64,000 nucleotides of DNA. Origin: an uncultured Gammaproteobacteria bacterium. GTDB taxonomy: Bacteria > Patescibacteriota > Patescibacteriia > UBA9570. Location of the stretch: the NCBI GenBank assembly GCA_964385285.1, contig CAYLOJ010000002.1:67246-131245 (forward strand), given 5' to 3'. This document shows, piece after piece, positions 27,677 through 37,520 of the stretch. Position 1 is the stretch's first letter. The number at the start of each line of letters is the position of its first letter. A program made the translations under genes and the position numbers. Under the pieces are notes generated by a model. The model searched no databases. It had not been told where the DNA came from and saw only the letters and a program-made list of their open reading frames with translations.

Positions 27677-29987
27677 ATGTACAAATTAGAGGGTCTTGCT
27701 AAAGACGTTTTCTTCGATCGCTACGCTTTAAAGAACGACAAGGGTCAGCGTATGGAAGATACACCAGAAGAAATGTGGCACCGGGTCGCTAAAGCGATTG
27801 CCGAGGTTGAAAAAACGGATGCCAAAAAGCAAGAATGGGAAGAGAAATTTTATAGCATTTTGAATGGGTTTGATTTCATCCCAGGCGGCCGTATCTTGAC
27901 TGGTGCAGGCTCCGGAGTCCCATTGACCCTCTATAACTGTTTTGTAATCCCATCACCGGAAGATAACCGTGGTGGTATTTTGGATAGTGTGAAGTTAATG
28001 GTAGAAATCATGAGTCGTGGCGGTGGCGTGGGTGTAAACTTGTCATCCATTCGTCCACGTGGGGCTTATGTAAAAGGGGTGAACGGCACTGCTTCTGGTG
28101 CAGTTTCCTTTGGCGCTCTCTATTCCTTTGCTACTGGTCTGATTATTCAAGGCGGTTCTCGTCGTGGTGCTTTGATGTTGATGTTGGACTGTGATCATCC
28201 TGATGTGATGGAGTTCATCACTGTCAAACGTACAATGGGTCAAATTACGAACGCCAATTTATCGGTCTGTATCTCTGATGCTTTCATGGAAGCAGTCAAA
28301 GCGGATGCGGATTGGGATTTACAATGGAAAGGCAAAGTCTTTAAAACGATCAAAGCACGTGAATTATGGAATTTGGTCTGTGAATCAGCTTGGGCATCTG
28401 GTGAGCCAGGTTTGATGTTTAAAGAACGTTACAATAAAGAATCCAACTCTTGGTATTTTGAAGATATTATTGCAACCAATCCCTGTGGTGAACAAGGTTT
28501 ACCAGCTTGGGGCGTGTGCAACCTAGGAGCTATCAATGTCGCGAATTTTGTTAAAGAAGATGGTACGCTTAGGTAAAGTGGTTCGTATCACCATGCGCTT
28601 CTTAGATAACGTAGTGGATACCACAGACTACTTCTTCCCGGAAAATGAGGCTGCACAGCGTCGCATTCGTCGCACTGGTTTAGGCACAATGGGATTGGCC
28701 GATGCCTTGATCAAAATGAAAGTGCGATATGGTACTCCAGAATCATTGGAGATCGTTGAAAAAATGCACCAAGTGATTCGCGATGAAGCCTATATTGCGA
28801 GTTCTGAAATTGCTGCTGAAAAAGGTGCTTTCCCAGCCTTTGAGAAAGATAAATATCTACAAGGCCATTTCATTCAACGTTTACCTAAGGCTATTCAGGA
28901 TCTGATTGCTCGTAACGGTATTCGTAACGGTGTGTTATTAACACAAGCTCCAACCGGTACAACTAGTATCTTGGCTGGTGTCAGCTCTGGTATTGAGCCC
29001 GTTTATGATTTTGCGTTCCAACGCAAAGATCGTTTAGGCGTACACACTGTCTATCATCCTTTATTCAAAGCTTGGAAAGATGCTCATCCAGATGAGGAAG
29101 AAGCCCCAGATTATTTTGTGAACGCTAAGCTGTTGAGCCCAGAAGAGCATGTGCGCATGCAAGCTTCTATTCAACGCTATGTAGATTCCAGTATCAGTAA
29201 AACCGTGAACGCTCCTAATAATCATACTCAAGAGCAGGTTCAAGAGTTGTACATGAAAGCGTATGATCTAGGCTGCAAAGGTGTAACCTATTTCCGCGAC
29301 GGTTCTCGTAGTGAAGCTGTATTGACCAGTCTGGACGATGTGAAGAAAGAAGAGGCCAAGAAAGCTAAAGTCGATAATAAAGAGGCGATTATCTCTCCGC
29401 GCTTACGTCCAGAAAAAGTTGCTGGAATCACATACAAAATCAAGACTGGTTACGGCACCATGTTTGTCACTGTGAATCATGATGAAGAAGGTAAGCCATT
29501 TGAAGTGTTTGCCACAATTGGAAAAGCGGGTGGTGTCTTCGCTGAAGAATCTGAAGCTATCTGCCGTTTAGTCTCCTTGGCTCTGCGTGCTCGTATCCCA
29601 CTGCCTACTGTGATTGAACAGATTAAGGGCATCCGTGGACCTATGCCGATCTTTGGTAAGGGTGGCATGATTCTCTCGATTCCAGACGCGATTGGTCAGG
29701 TGTTAAGTCAGCATATCCTCGATTTAGAAGCTAAGCAGACTCCTGCTCAGCAAGCAGAAGAGGCTGAAAAAGAGGTAGTCCGTATGCAAGCGCAAACTGA
29801 AGCTTTGGTAGAAGATGCTGCCGCTGCTACGGTCAAAAAAGCAGAAGGTAAATACAAATTGATCTCGGCTGGTTCATCCGTGGCTAATACAGGTTTCTCT
29901 CCAGAATGTCCAGAATGTAGTAGTATCATGGCGATGGCGGAAGGCTGCCTCACCTGCTTCAACTGCGGTTATTCCAAGTGCTCCTAA
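27677..29987 (+). pseudogene. nrdJ: Adenosylcobalamin-dependent (class II) ribonucleotide reductase NrdJ, split into two overlapping ORFs (27677-28576 and 28536-29987) by a frameshift near 28562-28576. It is either a real pseudogene or a sequencing/assembly indel.
   Basis: ORF 1 ends ...AINVANFVKEDGTLR*. The +1 frame continues with GKVVRITMRFLDNVVDTTDYFFPENEAAQRRIRRTGLG. The combined length of about 770 aa matches class II RNRs, and the C-terminal Cys-rich zinc ribbon is present. Confidence 0.85.
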
Positions 29988-30028
29988 ACTAGTCTGACAC
30001 CCCCTTCCTAACTTAGGGAGGGGGTGAT

Positions 30029-30622
30029 ATGATCCGTCCTATGAATACATTTAATCGCAAAAATATCTTACTAGCGCTTGGATTAGTGCTATTGGGCGCA
30101 GCTGGCCGCATGCTATTGCTGGCATATCCAAACGTAGAAACCTTAACAGCTGTATCCATTTTGGCCGGGGCATTATTGGGTCCATATCTGGGTTTGGCAG
30201 TTAGTCTATTCAGCGTTGTCGGTTCCGATATGATGATCGGTAATACGAATATCTTGCTCTACACTTGGAGTGCTTGGGCAGTGATCGGTATCACCAGTGC
30301 GGCGTTAAAACGTCATCAACGTGGAAATGTTCAAGTGTGGATGGATAGTTTGAAATTTACCGGCTTTAGTATCGTCAGTACAGTATTCTTTTATGCTTGG
30401 ACAAATTTTGGTGTCTGGCACCTCTCTGGTTTGTACCCACATACCTTAGCTGGCCTGGAGTTGTCGTACATCAATGCCTTGCCATTTCTGCGTAATCAGT
30501 TGTTAGGTAACTTACTGATTGTTCCGGTTGTATCCACGCTCGTGTTATCTGTAATCAAATATCTGCCAGTAGTCTTATCGCAACCCAGCCTATTATGGCG
30601 CCAGTCACGAAAGACTCTCTAA
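30029..30622 (+). CDS. Small polytopic membrane protein (about 5-6 TM, 197 aa). ECF-transporter S-component-like. Given its position, a possible cobalamin or precursor uptake component.
   Basis: Hydrophobic helices throughout. Preceded by a hairpin (29994-30022) that includes its GGAGGGGG RBS. The proposed function comes only from context. Confidence 0.55.
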   Translation: MIRPMNTFNRKNILLALGLVLLGAAGRMLLLAYPNVETLTAVSILAGALLGPYLGLAVSLFSVVGSDMMIGNTNILLYTWSAWAVIGITSAALKRHQRGNVQVWMDSLKFTGFSIVSTVFFYAWTNFGVWHLSGLYPHTLAGLELSYINALPFLRNQLLGNLLIVPVVSTLVLSVIKYLPVVLSQPSLLWRQSRKTL

Positions 30623-30831
30623 TCGGAGATGTCCTGTTAGAGCTGCCAGAAGCCCAGGAGATTATGATTAAGTATTTTGGTGAGCAGGTGGCTTGCACGT
30701 TTTGTCCTGGTCAAGCGTTTGATACCTTTGCCATGATTGCGGAACTACATGGGGTGGAAGAAGATGCCGTCGATGCGATGATCGCGGAAATGAATCAGGT
30801 GATTCAGTCGGTTGAGACTGTTGTGGATTAG
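30595..30831 (+). CDS. DUF1858-type small redox-disulfide domain protein (hybrid-cluster-protein-associated family)
   Basis: TKDSLIGDVLLELPEAQEIMIKYFGEQVACTFCPGQAFDTFAMIAELHG matches the DUF1858 pattern with its C-x2-C-P-G motif. Confidence 0.7.
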   Translation: MAPVTKDSLIGDVLLELPEAQEIMIKYFGEQVACTFCPGQAFDTFAMIAELHGVEEDAVDAMIAEMNQVIQSVETVVD

Positions 30832-30855
30832 TCCAACCGCTTTGTTCAGTCAATT

Positions 30856-30889
30856 AAAATAGCCACGTACGAAGGTGCGTGGCTATTTT
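30856..30889. terminator. Bidirectional rho-independent terminator between the convergent DUF1858 gene (+) and glnA (-)
   Basis: AAAAT-AGCCACG-(10 nt)-CGTGGCT-ATTTT. Confidence 0.6.
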
Positions 30890-30908
30890 GTTTAGGAGTA
30901 ACTAGATA

Positions 30909-32348
30909 TTACAAGGTGTAATATAGTTGGAATTCATGTGGATGTGGGCGTAAGCGCACTTCATCCATCTGATCCGTTTTCATCTTCATGAAGTTGGTCA
31001 GGAACTGATCCGTAAATACCCCGGTCTGAGTTAAGTAATCATGATCTTCTTCTAAGGCAGCGAAGGCTTCATTTAATGAAGATGGTACAAATTTTACTTT
31101 ACTCTTTTCAGCAGGGGAAAGGTCAAATAAGTTCATGTCCATGGGCTTGCCTGGATCCAGTTTACGTTTAATGCCGTCTAATCCAGCTAAGAGCATGGCA
31201 CTAAAGGCTAAGTAGGGGTTAGCAGCGGCATCACCTGAACGGAACTCAATACGTGTTCCAGCTGGGGTTTGATCGTAGATTGGAATACGCACGGCCGCCG
31301 AGCGGTTGCGCTTGGAGTAGGCCCGTACGACTGGAGCTTCATAACCAGGAGTCAAACGTTTGTAGGAGTTGGTGGTAGGCGCAGCAAAGGCGAGGATCGA
31401 TTTAGCATGGTGCAAAATACCAGCCATATAATGCATTCCTAACTCACTCATACCCGCATACCCTTTTTTGTCGTAGAAAAGTGGAGTGCCATTTTTCCAG
31501 AGCGATTGATGGCAGTGCATACCTGTACCATTATGACCAAAGAGTGGTTTAGGCATAAAGGTGACTGTTTTGCCACAGCGAGCGGCGACATTACGGACAA
31601 TATACTTATAGAGCATCACTTGGTCGGCCTGTTTAACCATGTCTTGAAACCGAATATTAATTTCCGCTTGGCCGGGAGCACCTACTTCATGATGATGGCG
31701 TTCTACGACAATACCGGCACGTTGTAGCTCTCGTACCATCTCACTGCGGAGATTATGGAATTGATCCATCGGTGGCACGGTAAAATAGCCACGTTGATTT
31801 GGCACGCGGAAACCTTGGTTACCACGTTCATACGGCGTTTTGTTATTCCAAACGCCTTCGGCAGAATCAATCGACAAGCTGGAATAGTGATCATTACTAC
31901 TGTATCGGACATCTTCAAAAATGAAGAACTCAATTTCTGGGCCAACATACATAGTATCCGCCAGTTTGGTTGAGCGCATATAATCCAGCGCTTTGCGAGC
32001 AATGTAGCGAGGATTATTATAGTATTCGTTCACCTGACCAGTAATCGGGTCCATCGGGTCGGCAATAATCGAAAGGGTAGGTACGGTGGTGAATGGATCG
32101 ACGAACGCTGTACTGGGATCAGGGATCATGACTAAATCGCTTTCTACGATGGTCTGAAAGCCGGGGATACTAGAGCCGTCAAACGCCACACCTTTTTCAA
32201 AGACCGATGGCGTAAACATATCCATGGTCAATGTAACCGAACGCCAGCGACCTTCTAGGTCAGTAAACTTTACATCAACCATCTCAATTTTGTTTTTTTT
32301 GCACAGTGCCAGCAGTTTAGTAACGGCTGCTGAAGACGATTGACTCAT
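30909..32348 (-). CDS. glnA: Glutamine synthetase type I
   Basis: 479 aa with GS beta-grasp and catalytic-domain motifs (FDGSSIPGF, GPEIEFF, NPYLAFSAMLLAGLDGI). Confidence 0.95.
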   Translation of the reverse strand: MSQSSSAAVTKLLALCKKNKIEMVDVKFTDLEGRWRSVTLTMDMFTPSVFEKGVAFDGSSIPGFQTIVESDLVMIPDPSTAFVDPFTTVPTLSIIADPMDPITGQVNEYYNNPRYIARKALDYMRSTKLADTMYVGPEIEFFIFEDVRYSSNDHYSSLSIDSAEGVWNNKTPYERGNQGFRVPNQRGYFTVPPMDQFHNLRSEMVRELQRAGIVVERHHHEVGAPGQAEINIRFQDMVKQADQVMLYKYIVRNVAARCGKTVTFMPKPLFGHNGTGMHCHQSLWKNGTPLFYDKKGYAGMSELGMHYMAGILHHAKSILAFAAPTTNSYKRLTPGYEAPVVRAYSKRNRSAAVRIPIYDQTPAGTRIEFRSGDAAANPYLAFSAMLLAGLDGIKRKLDPGKPMDMNLFDLSPAEKSKVKFVPSSLNEAFAALEEDHDYLTQTGVFTDQFLTNFMKMKTDQMDEVRLRPHPHEFQLYYTL

Positions 32349-32474
32349 AGGGGATGAAGCCTAAGTAGTTAGATTAAAGACGCATAAAGAAAAAAATCTC
32401 CTGCCCGCATCATGCGAGACAGAAGACACCAGTGTCTTTGGGTGTACGACGTTGTACGAGATTAGTATAGCAGC

Positions 32475-33158
32475 CTATAACGATAGTGCAAGCATGATCG
32501 CTTCCGCCACCTCTTTCATCGTTTTTTTGGTATCCATCGATTTTTTTCGGATCAAACTATAGGCAGCATCTTCAGTGATTTGTTGTTGTTTCATCAATAG
32601 CCCTTTGGCCTTTTCAATCACTTTACGTGTTTCTAACGCTTCCTTCAGCATGCGCGTTTCTGAGAGCAGTTTGGCATTAGAAATAGCCCCACCTACTTGA
32701 GTGGCGATGGTGCGCAATAAGGAAAGGTCTGTTTCACTATGCTGTCGTTTTTTGCGGTGCTGCACATTAATGACGCCCACTAATTCATCTTTAAAGGTAA
32801 TGGGGATGGATACGAAGGCTTCCCAACGATCTTCATCGACATCTAAGTGCGGAATAAATTTATAGCGGCTATCTTGGTACGATCGCTCCGTCAACGCGAC
32901 CAGTTTGCGTTGTTGTGCTACCCAACCCGTAATGCCTTCACCATAATGCATCGCTACTTTGTTGATCATTTTAGGATGCGGAATTTTGGAAGCCTTCAGA
33001 ATGAGATGATCATCTTGTGCAAGATAAATTAAGCAGGAGTCCGCCTTCATTGTTTCAGACACAAGGTCAACCACTTGCGTTAATACCTCGTCTAAATTTA
33101 AATTGTAACTGATGGTTTCAGTGATCCGTTCTAACAGTTGCAATTGTTGTTTGAGCAT
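32475..33158 (-). CDS. GAF-ANTAR RNA-binding antiterminator-type regulator
   Basis: N-terminal GAF domain and C-terminal ANTAR (ETRKVIEKAKGLLMKQQQITEDAAYSLIRKKSMDTKKTMKEVAEAIM). It lies directly upstream of glnA on the same strand. Confidence 0.85.
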   Translation of the reverse strand: MLKQQLQLLERITETISYNLNLDEVLTQVVDLVSETMKADSCLIYLAQDDHLILKASKIPHPKMINKVAMHYGEGITGWVAQQRKLVALTERSYQDSRYKFIPHLDVDEDRWEAFVSIPITFKDELVGVINVQHRKKRQHSETDLSLLRTIATQVGGAISNAKLLSETRMLKEALETRKVIEKAKGLLMKQQQITEDAAYSLIRKKSMDTKKTMKEVAEAIMLALSL

Positions 33159-33206
33159 GGCGCTATCGTAACCTATTTATCTTGAATACTCAAGGCTGGA
33201 AATATG

Positions 33207-33860
33207 CTAAAACTGGCTAGCCAATAGCGGATGATCGAGCTCACTCCAGCGGCCCTGAGCAGCAATTTTGCCCTCTTCTAAAATCATTGCCGTATCACTC
33301 AAATAACGTGCCTCCGGAAGATCGTGTGTAACATACAACACAGTGAGTTGCTGTGTAGTGACGATCGTTTTGAACCACCGTACCAACTCAACCCGCGTAA
33401 TGCTATCGAGAGCCGAAAATGGCTCGTCACACAATAATAATTGCGGTTGATAACTGAGTACACGTGCTAACATGGCGCGTCGCTGTTCACCTCCACTGAC
33501 CGCATTAGGATAACGGTTGGCTAGATGAGTGAGGTGACAGTGCTCGAGCAGTGCTTTGGTCCGCTGCTGTTGAACGGTTTTGGGCAGATGTCGGATACGC
33601 AGTGGGTAGGCGATATTTTCACTGATGGTGAATTGAGGGAATAAGGTAAGGTGTTGTTCTAAGTAACCGACTTGATTTGCAGTGTAGCCAGCGATGCTGC
33701 CCGTGTAAGATTCTAATCCGGCGACACAACGTAATAAACTGGTTTTTCCAGAACCAGACCGGCCTAAGATGCTATGGATACCAGGTGATAACGCAAAACT
33801 AAGATCATTTAAAATGGGATGGGGACCGTAGAAAAATTTAAGATTGGCGACGGTGAGCAT
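33207..33860 (-). CDS. ABC transporter ATP-binding protein
   Basis: Walker A GRSGSGKTS, signature LSGGEQRRAML, Walker B LLLCDEPFSALD. Confidence 0.9.
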   Translation of the reverse strand: MLTVANLKFFYGPHPILNDLSFALSPGIHSILGRSGSGKTSLLRCVAGLESYTGSIAGYTANQVGYLEQHLTLFPQFTISENIAYPLRIRHLPKTVQQQRTKALLEHCHLTHLANRYPNAVSGGEQRRAMLARVLSYQPQLLLCDEPFSALDSITRVELVRWFKTIVTTQQLTVLYVTHDLPEARYLSDTAMILEEGKIAAQGRWSELDHPLLASQF

Positions 33861-35229
33861 ACGCAGAGTAATGAATGATCAGTTGTAAGAGGAAGAGTAC
33901 TATGAGTAGCGTGATCAGTGCCAGACCACCCACTTGATAGCGGTAGCTGCCAAACAGACTGTAAGTGACTTGCATGGCAGTAGGTTGTGCATTGGGAGTC
34001 AACAGACTAGCTAGGGCAATATCGCCCAGGACCAACACCACGCCGATCGATAATAATTGACGCATGGCCGGCCATAACCACCGCCACTCCAGGTGAAGCT
34101 GCTGCCATCGATTTGCACCTAATATTTTGGCGGTTTCCAGTAAAGCGGGCGGTAGTTGACTATATCCACTGTGAACAAGATAACTGCCAAGTGGAAGTAA
34201 GCTGATACAGAGCGCGGCTGCTAGACTACTTAAACCTTGTCCAAAGTAAGTGAGCCACAGGGCAGCAACGGTGACGGGAGAGAGTGTCAGCAATAGAAGT
34301 GTCCAGTTACGCGCTCTTCTCAGCAGTACGCTGAGGATAATGCTTATGCTTAATACTACGAGCATTAGCAGTAAACTGCGCAGTAAACTTTCACCAAACT
34401 GACTGCGCCACAGAGTTTCTATAGTTGTAGTGCTAGTGTGCAGAGCGATGTGTGTGATTAGGCTAAGTAGTGGCGCCAGGAGAGCTAGTGTGGCCAACCA
34501 ACGCAGGAGCATTACACTGTGGATTGGACGCAGAGTACTGGGCACAAAGTGTTGTGTAGGTGTGGGTAGGGAGCGTATTACGATGAGGATAGGTAATACA
34601 AAGATCAAGGTTTGTACAATCGCCACACCTAAGGCTAATTCGGGTTGATGCAATAGTTTAATCTGTTCGTAAAGCCAGACCTCAACTGTTTTCGCAGTGC
34701 TGCCACCGAGTTGCAGCGGTAGGGTAAAACTGGTCCAGCAATAGAGAAAGATTACTGCGCCTATCCCTAGGACGGTACCTTTTAATTGTGGCCACCAAAT
34801 GGTCTGCATGATCTGCCAGCGAGAGGCACCTAAAAGGCGCGCGGCCTCCTCGGTGTGCTGTGATAGGCGTGCCAAGGTCGCGTGGGTGGCTAAATAAGCC
34901 AATGGAATATTATAGTAAAGATGGGCCAAAACGACTGCCGATGGGCGATAGAGTAATTGAATTGGGGGTAAGTGCAACGCATGCAGCAGTGTATTTAGAT
35001 CACCGGCTTGACCGAACAGTTGAACAAAACCGGTACTCACGAGTAATGGTGGTAAAAATACTGGCAGGGTACAGAGTGCCGACCACCAGCGCGGGGTGAT
35101 AGCTTGGTAACGCCGCTCCAGTAATGCAAAGCCTGAACCCAGTAGTAGGCTTACCGCGGTGACAATACTACTTTGCCAGAGCGTGAACTTTACTATTGGC
35201 CAAAGATCCCATTCCATTGATTTAACCAA
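33838..35229 (-). CDS. ABC transporter permease with two fused transmembrane domains (FbpB/ThiP-like, of the iron(III)/thiamine/spermidine importer type)
   Basis: 463 aa with about 12 TM helices and two EAA-like loops; overlaps the ATPase and SBP genes. Confidence 0.85.
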   Translation of the reverse strand: MVKSMEWDLWPIVKFTLWQSSIVTAVSLLLGSGFALLERRYQAITPRWWSALCTLPVFLPPLLVSTGFVQLFGQAGDLNTLLHALHLPPIQLLYRPSAVVLAHLYYNIPLAYLATHATLARLSQHTEEAARLLGASRWQIMQTIWWPQLKGTVLGIGAVIFLYCWTSFTLPLQLGGSTAKTVEVWLYEQIKLLHQPELALGVAIVQTLIFVLPILIVIRSLPTPTQHFVPSTLRPIHSVMLLRWLATLALLAPLLSLITHIALHTSTTTIETLWRSQFGESLLRSLLLMLVVLSISIILSVLLRRARNWTLLLLTLSPVTVAALWLTYFGQGLSSLAAALCISLLPLGSYLVHSGYSQLPPALLETAKILGANRWQQLHLEWRWLWPAMRQLLSIGVVLVLGDIALASLLTPNAQPTAMQVTYSLFGSYRYQVGGLALITLLIVLFLLQLIIHYSAYAHRRQS

Positions 35230-36161
35230 GTGGTGTAATTACTATTGATTTGCAGATCAGTCAGTGATCGTAACTGATCCGGTGTTGGCTGAATCAGTTG
35301 ATCATACGCCGCTGGCACTGTCGCGTCTTCTTGAATAGGGAACATCCACTGTGTGGTGGCAATTTGATTCTGCACGGAATCGGTCAGTAGATAATAGATA
35401 AACTGTTGTGCAAGCGTGGTGTGATCATCACGCGTGATCGCCACATACTCGGTTTGCTTAAGATAACCATCACTAATCGGTACGGCTCGATAACGATCTG
35501 TCCCTTCTTGATCAAGGTGATACGCTGGGCTAGTGACATAACTTAACACAATCGGTGCTTCTCCATTTAAGAAGAGGGAATAGTATGCGGTGTTCCAATC
35601 TGGAGTTACGGTGAGTACTTGTTGGTGTAATGCCTGCCAAAACTCAGTCGTATCATCGCCAAATACTGCCTGACTCCATAGCAATAACTGTGTGCCCGGA
35701 GAGGACAATCCCGGTTGTTCAATAATAATTTTATTTTTGTATGCAGGGTCTTGCACTAAGGCCTCTAAACTGATCGGTTGATCAAATTGAATCGCTTCAC
35801 TGTCATAGACAAAATCCACATAGCTGTAATCGAACGCAGTGGAATCGTAAAATAGTCCGCGGTTATCAAAGCGGGCTAAATCCGTATTATCCATCCCCAA
35901 CACAAGGTCTGCCTGTGGATCGGATTGTTCAGACACAAGCTGATTCATCATCGCGCCAGTGTCAGGGAAACTGACAATGTTTAGTTTCACGTTATTCGCA
36001 GTTTCAAATTCGGGTTGAATTTTGGGAAGTAGACCGTAGTCTGCCGCCAAACTATCATAGGTATATATAGTCAGTGTGGCCGGCGCATTGATAGGCGTTG
36101 TGCTAGTTTGAGTACAGCCTGTGAGGGCAATTAAACTGCAAATGATGAGTAGTTTTTTCAT
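35193..36161 (-). CDS. ABC transporter substrate-binding lipoprotein (FbpA/TbpA-like). The ORF extends to 36236, but the likely start is MKKLLIICSLIALTGC at 36161.
   Basis: Lipoprotein signal with lipobox LTGC; periplasmic-binding-protein-like sequence. Confidence 0.8.
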   Translation of the reverse strand: MKKLLIICSLIALTGCTQTSTTPINAPATLTIYTYDSLAADYGLLPKIQPEFETANNVKLNIVSFPDTGAMMNQLVSEQSDPQADLVLGMDNTDLARFDNRGLFYDSTAFDYSYVDFVYDSEAIQFDQPISLEALVQDPAYKNKIIIEQPGLSSPGTQLLLWSQAVFGDDTTEFWQALHQQVLTVTPDWNTAYYSLFLNGEAPIVLSYVTSPAYHLDQEGTDRYRAVPISDGYLKQTEYVAITRDDHTTLAQQFIYYLLTDSVQNQIATTQWMFPIQEDATVPAAYDQLIQPTPDQLRSLTDLQINSNYTTWLNQWNGIFGQ

Positions 36162-36172
36162 AGGTATTAAAT

Positions 36173-36196
36173 AAAAAATTCCCTTAAATAGGGAAT
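36173..36196 (-). terminator. Hairpin ATTCCCT-taaat-AGGGAAT with an A/T tract. On the minus strand it lies just after the sigma-factor gene and before the SBP start codon.
   Basis: 7-bp perfect inverted repeat at 36178-36184 / 36190-36196 with AAAAAA at 36173-36178. Confidence 0.45.
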
Positions 36197-36290
36197 ACAA
36201 CAAGCAGATACTCGCTGTGATTCCCTTCGCTGGCATTACCCAGATCAGGTGTAAAGGATATCTCTCAGCCCAGCAGTTGCATGGGCACTC

Positions 36291-37394
36291 CTATACAGCG
36301 GTGTTACTATAGCGAGCGGATTGTTCCTTGGCAAGTTTGGTTTCCAATTGATCCTTGCCACGAGCAATACGGACACGGACCGTATTTTCAGGTTCCTGAT
36401 TTTCTTTGGCAATTTGCGAACCATTCAATCCATCCACCAGATGGCGCAATAGGGTTGTGCGTGTGGCGGCATGATCTAACGACTGAATCAACTGAACTGC
36501 AGCAGATCGATCTGTTCGGATAAGCGTATCTAATCGTGGAGTAATGCTATGCAGTTCGGGAATCTCCCCACCCATGTGTTCTGCCAAGATCCGACGATAG
36601 CGTGATAATAATAAACCAACTGCGTTTGGACTACGCTGCAGTTGGGTTGCAATTTCTTTGATCGGTAAATTATCAATTAATTGCAGGCGCAGTGCTTCAG
36701 CAGCGGTGGCGTTTGGAAGATCACGAATGGCTTGTTCCAAAGCCAAACGATCACCGGTTTGGGCATCGACTGCTGCAGGGCTCAAGACGGTATCTGCCTC
36801 CGTCACTAATGTTTGTAGTCGCAAACGGGCGCGGCGGACGATGGTACGGACAGTAGCCACTGGCACACCTTGTTCAGTGGCAATTTCATCTGCCGTTTTT
36901 TCATGCAGGTAATACGCATCAATCATCGCTATTTTTTGCGGCGTCAATTCATTGGCTAACTGCTGGCGGGCACGCTGATACGCCTGGAGTTCTTCATGCG
37001 TGATTAATGCATCCACGGTAGTGATCTCATCGGCAGTTAAGTTTACGAGGGCATCTGGATCGCTCGAAGCATTGCGGGGGGATTTTATGTGATCCAGGGC
37101 GAGGCGTTTACTGATGGTCGTCAGTAAACCAGGTACGTTACTATCGACCTTTAACTGTGTACGGCGTTCCCAGACCTTTTGAAAGGTTTGTTGTTTGATC
37201 TCATCTGCTATTTCAGTGCGTTTCACGATACCTAAAGCTGTGCGCCAAACGATCGCTGAGTAGCGTTCATAAAGGCGATCAAAAGCCGTCTGGGCAATAC
37301 TCTCATCCGCATTTTGCAGAGCCAAGACTAGCGTTTGTAACTCTTCAGTCGGTAGAACCGTTGGACGTTCATTGGCATTACGAACCATGAGCAC
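36291..37394 (-). CDS. Sigma-70/ECF-family sigma factor with one sigma-2 region followed by three tandem sigma-4-like HTH domains (unusual architecture), of intermediate GC
   Basis: Region 2: FDRLYERYSAIVWRTALGIVKRTEIADEIKQQTFQKVWERR. Three sigma-4-like segments: LTPQKIAMIDAYYLHEKTADEIATEQGVPVATVRTIVRRARLRL; LPNATAAEALRLQLIDNLPIKEIATQLQRSPNAVGLLLSRYRRIL; TLLRHLVDGLNGSQIAKENQEPENTVRVRIARGKDQL. Confidence 0.75.
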   Translation of the reverse strand: MLMVRNANERPTVLPTEELQTLVLALQNADESIAQTAFDRLYERYSAIVWRTALGIVKRTEIADEIKQQTFQKVWERRTQLKVDSNVPGLLTTISKRLALDHIKSPRNASSDPDALVNLTADEITTVDALITHEELQAYQRARQQLANELTPQKIAMIDAYYLHEKTADEIATEQGVPVATVRTIVRRARLRLQTLVTEADTVLSPAAVDAQTGDRLALEQAIRDLPNATAAEALRLQLIDNLPIKEIATQLQRSPNAVGLLLSRYRRILAEHMGGEIPELHSITPRLDTLIRTDRSAAVQLIQSLDHAATRTTLLRHLVDGLNGSQIAKENQEPENTVRVRIARGKDQLETKLAKEQSARYSNTAV

Positions 37395-37520
37395 AGTGTA
37401 GTAAATAATTGATATCCTCTCAAGATATTCGTATGAATATCTGGATAGGACAGTGGGCGAGGGTACATGTGTACACCTCGCCCCGACCTTCCCCGAAGGG
37501 ATGATCGTTCCTCCTGTCTT

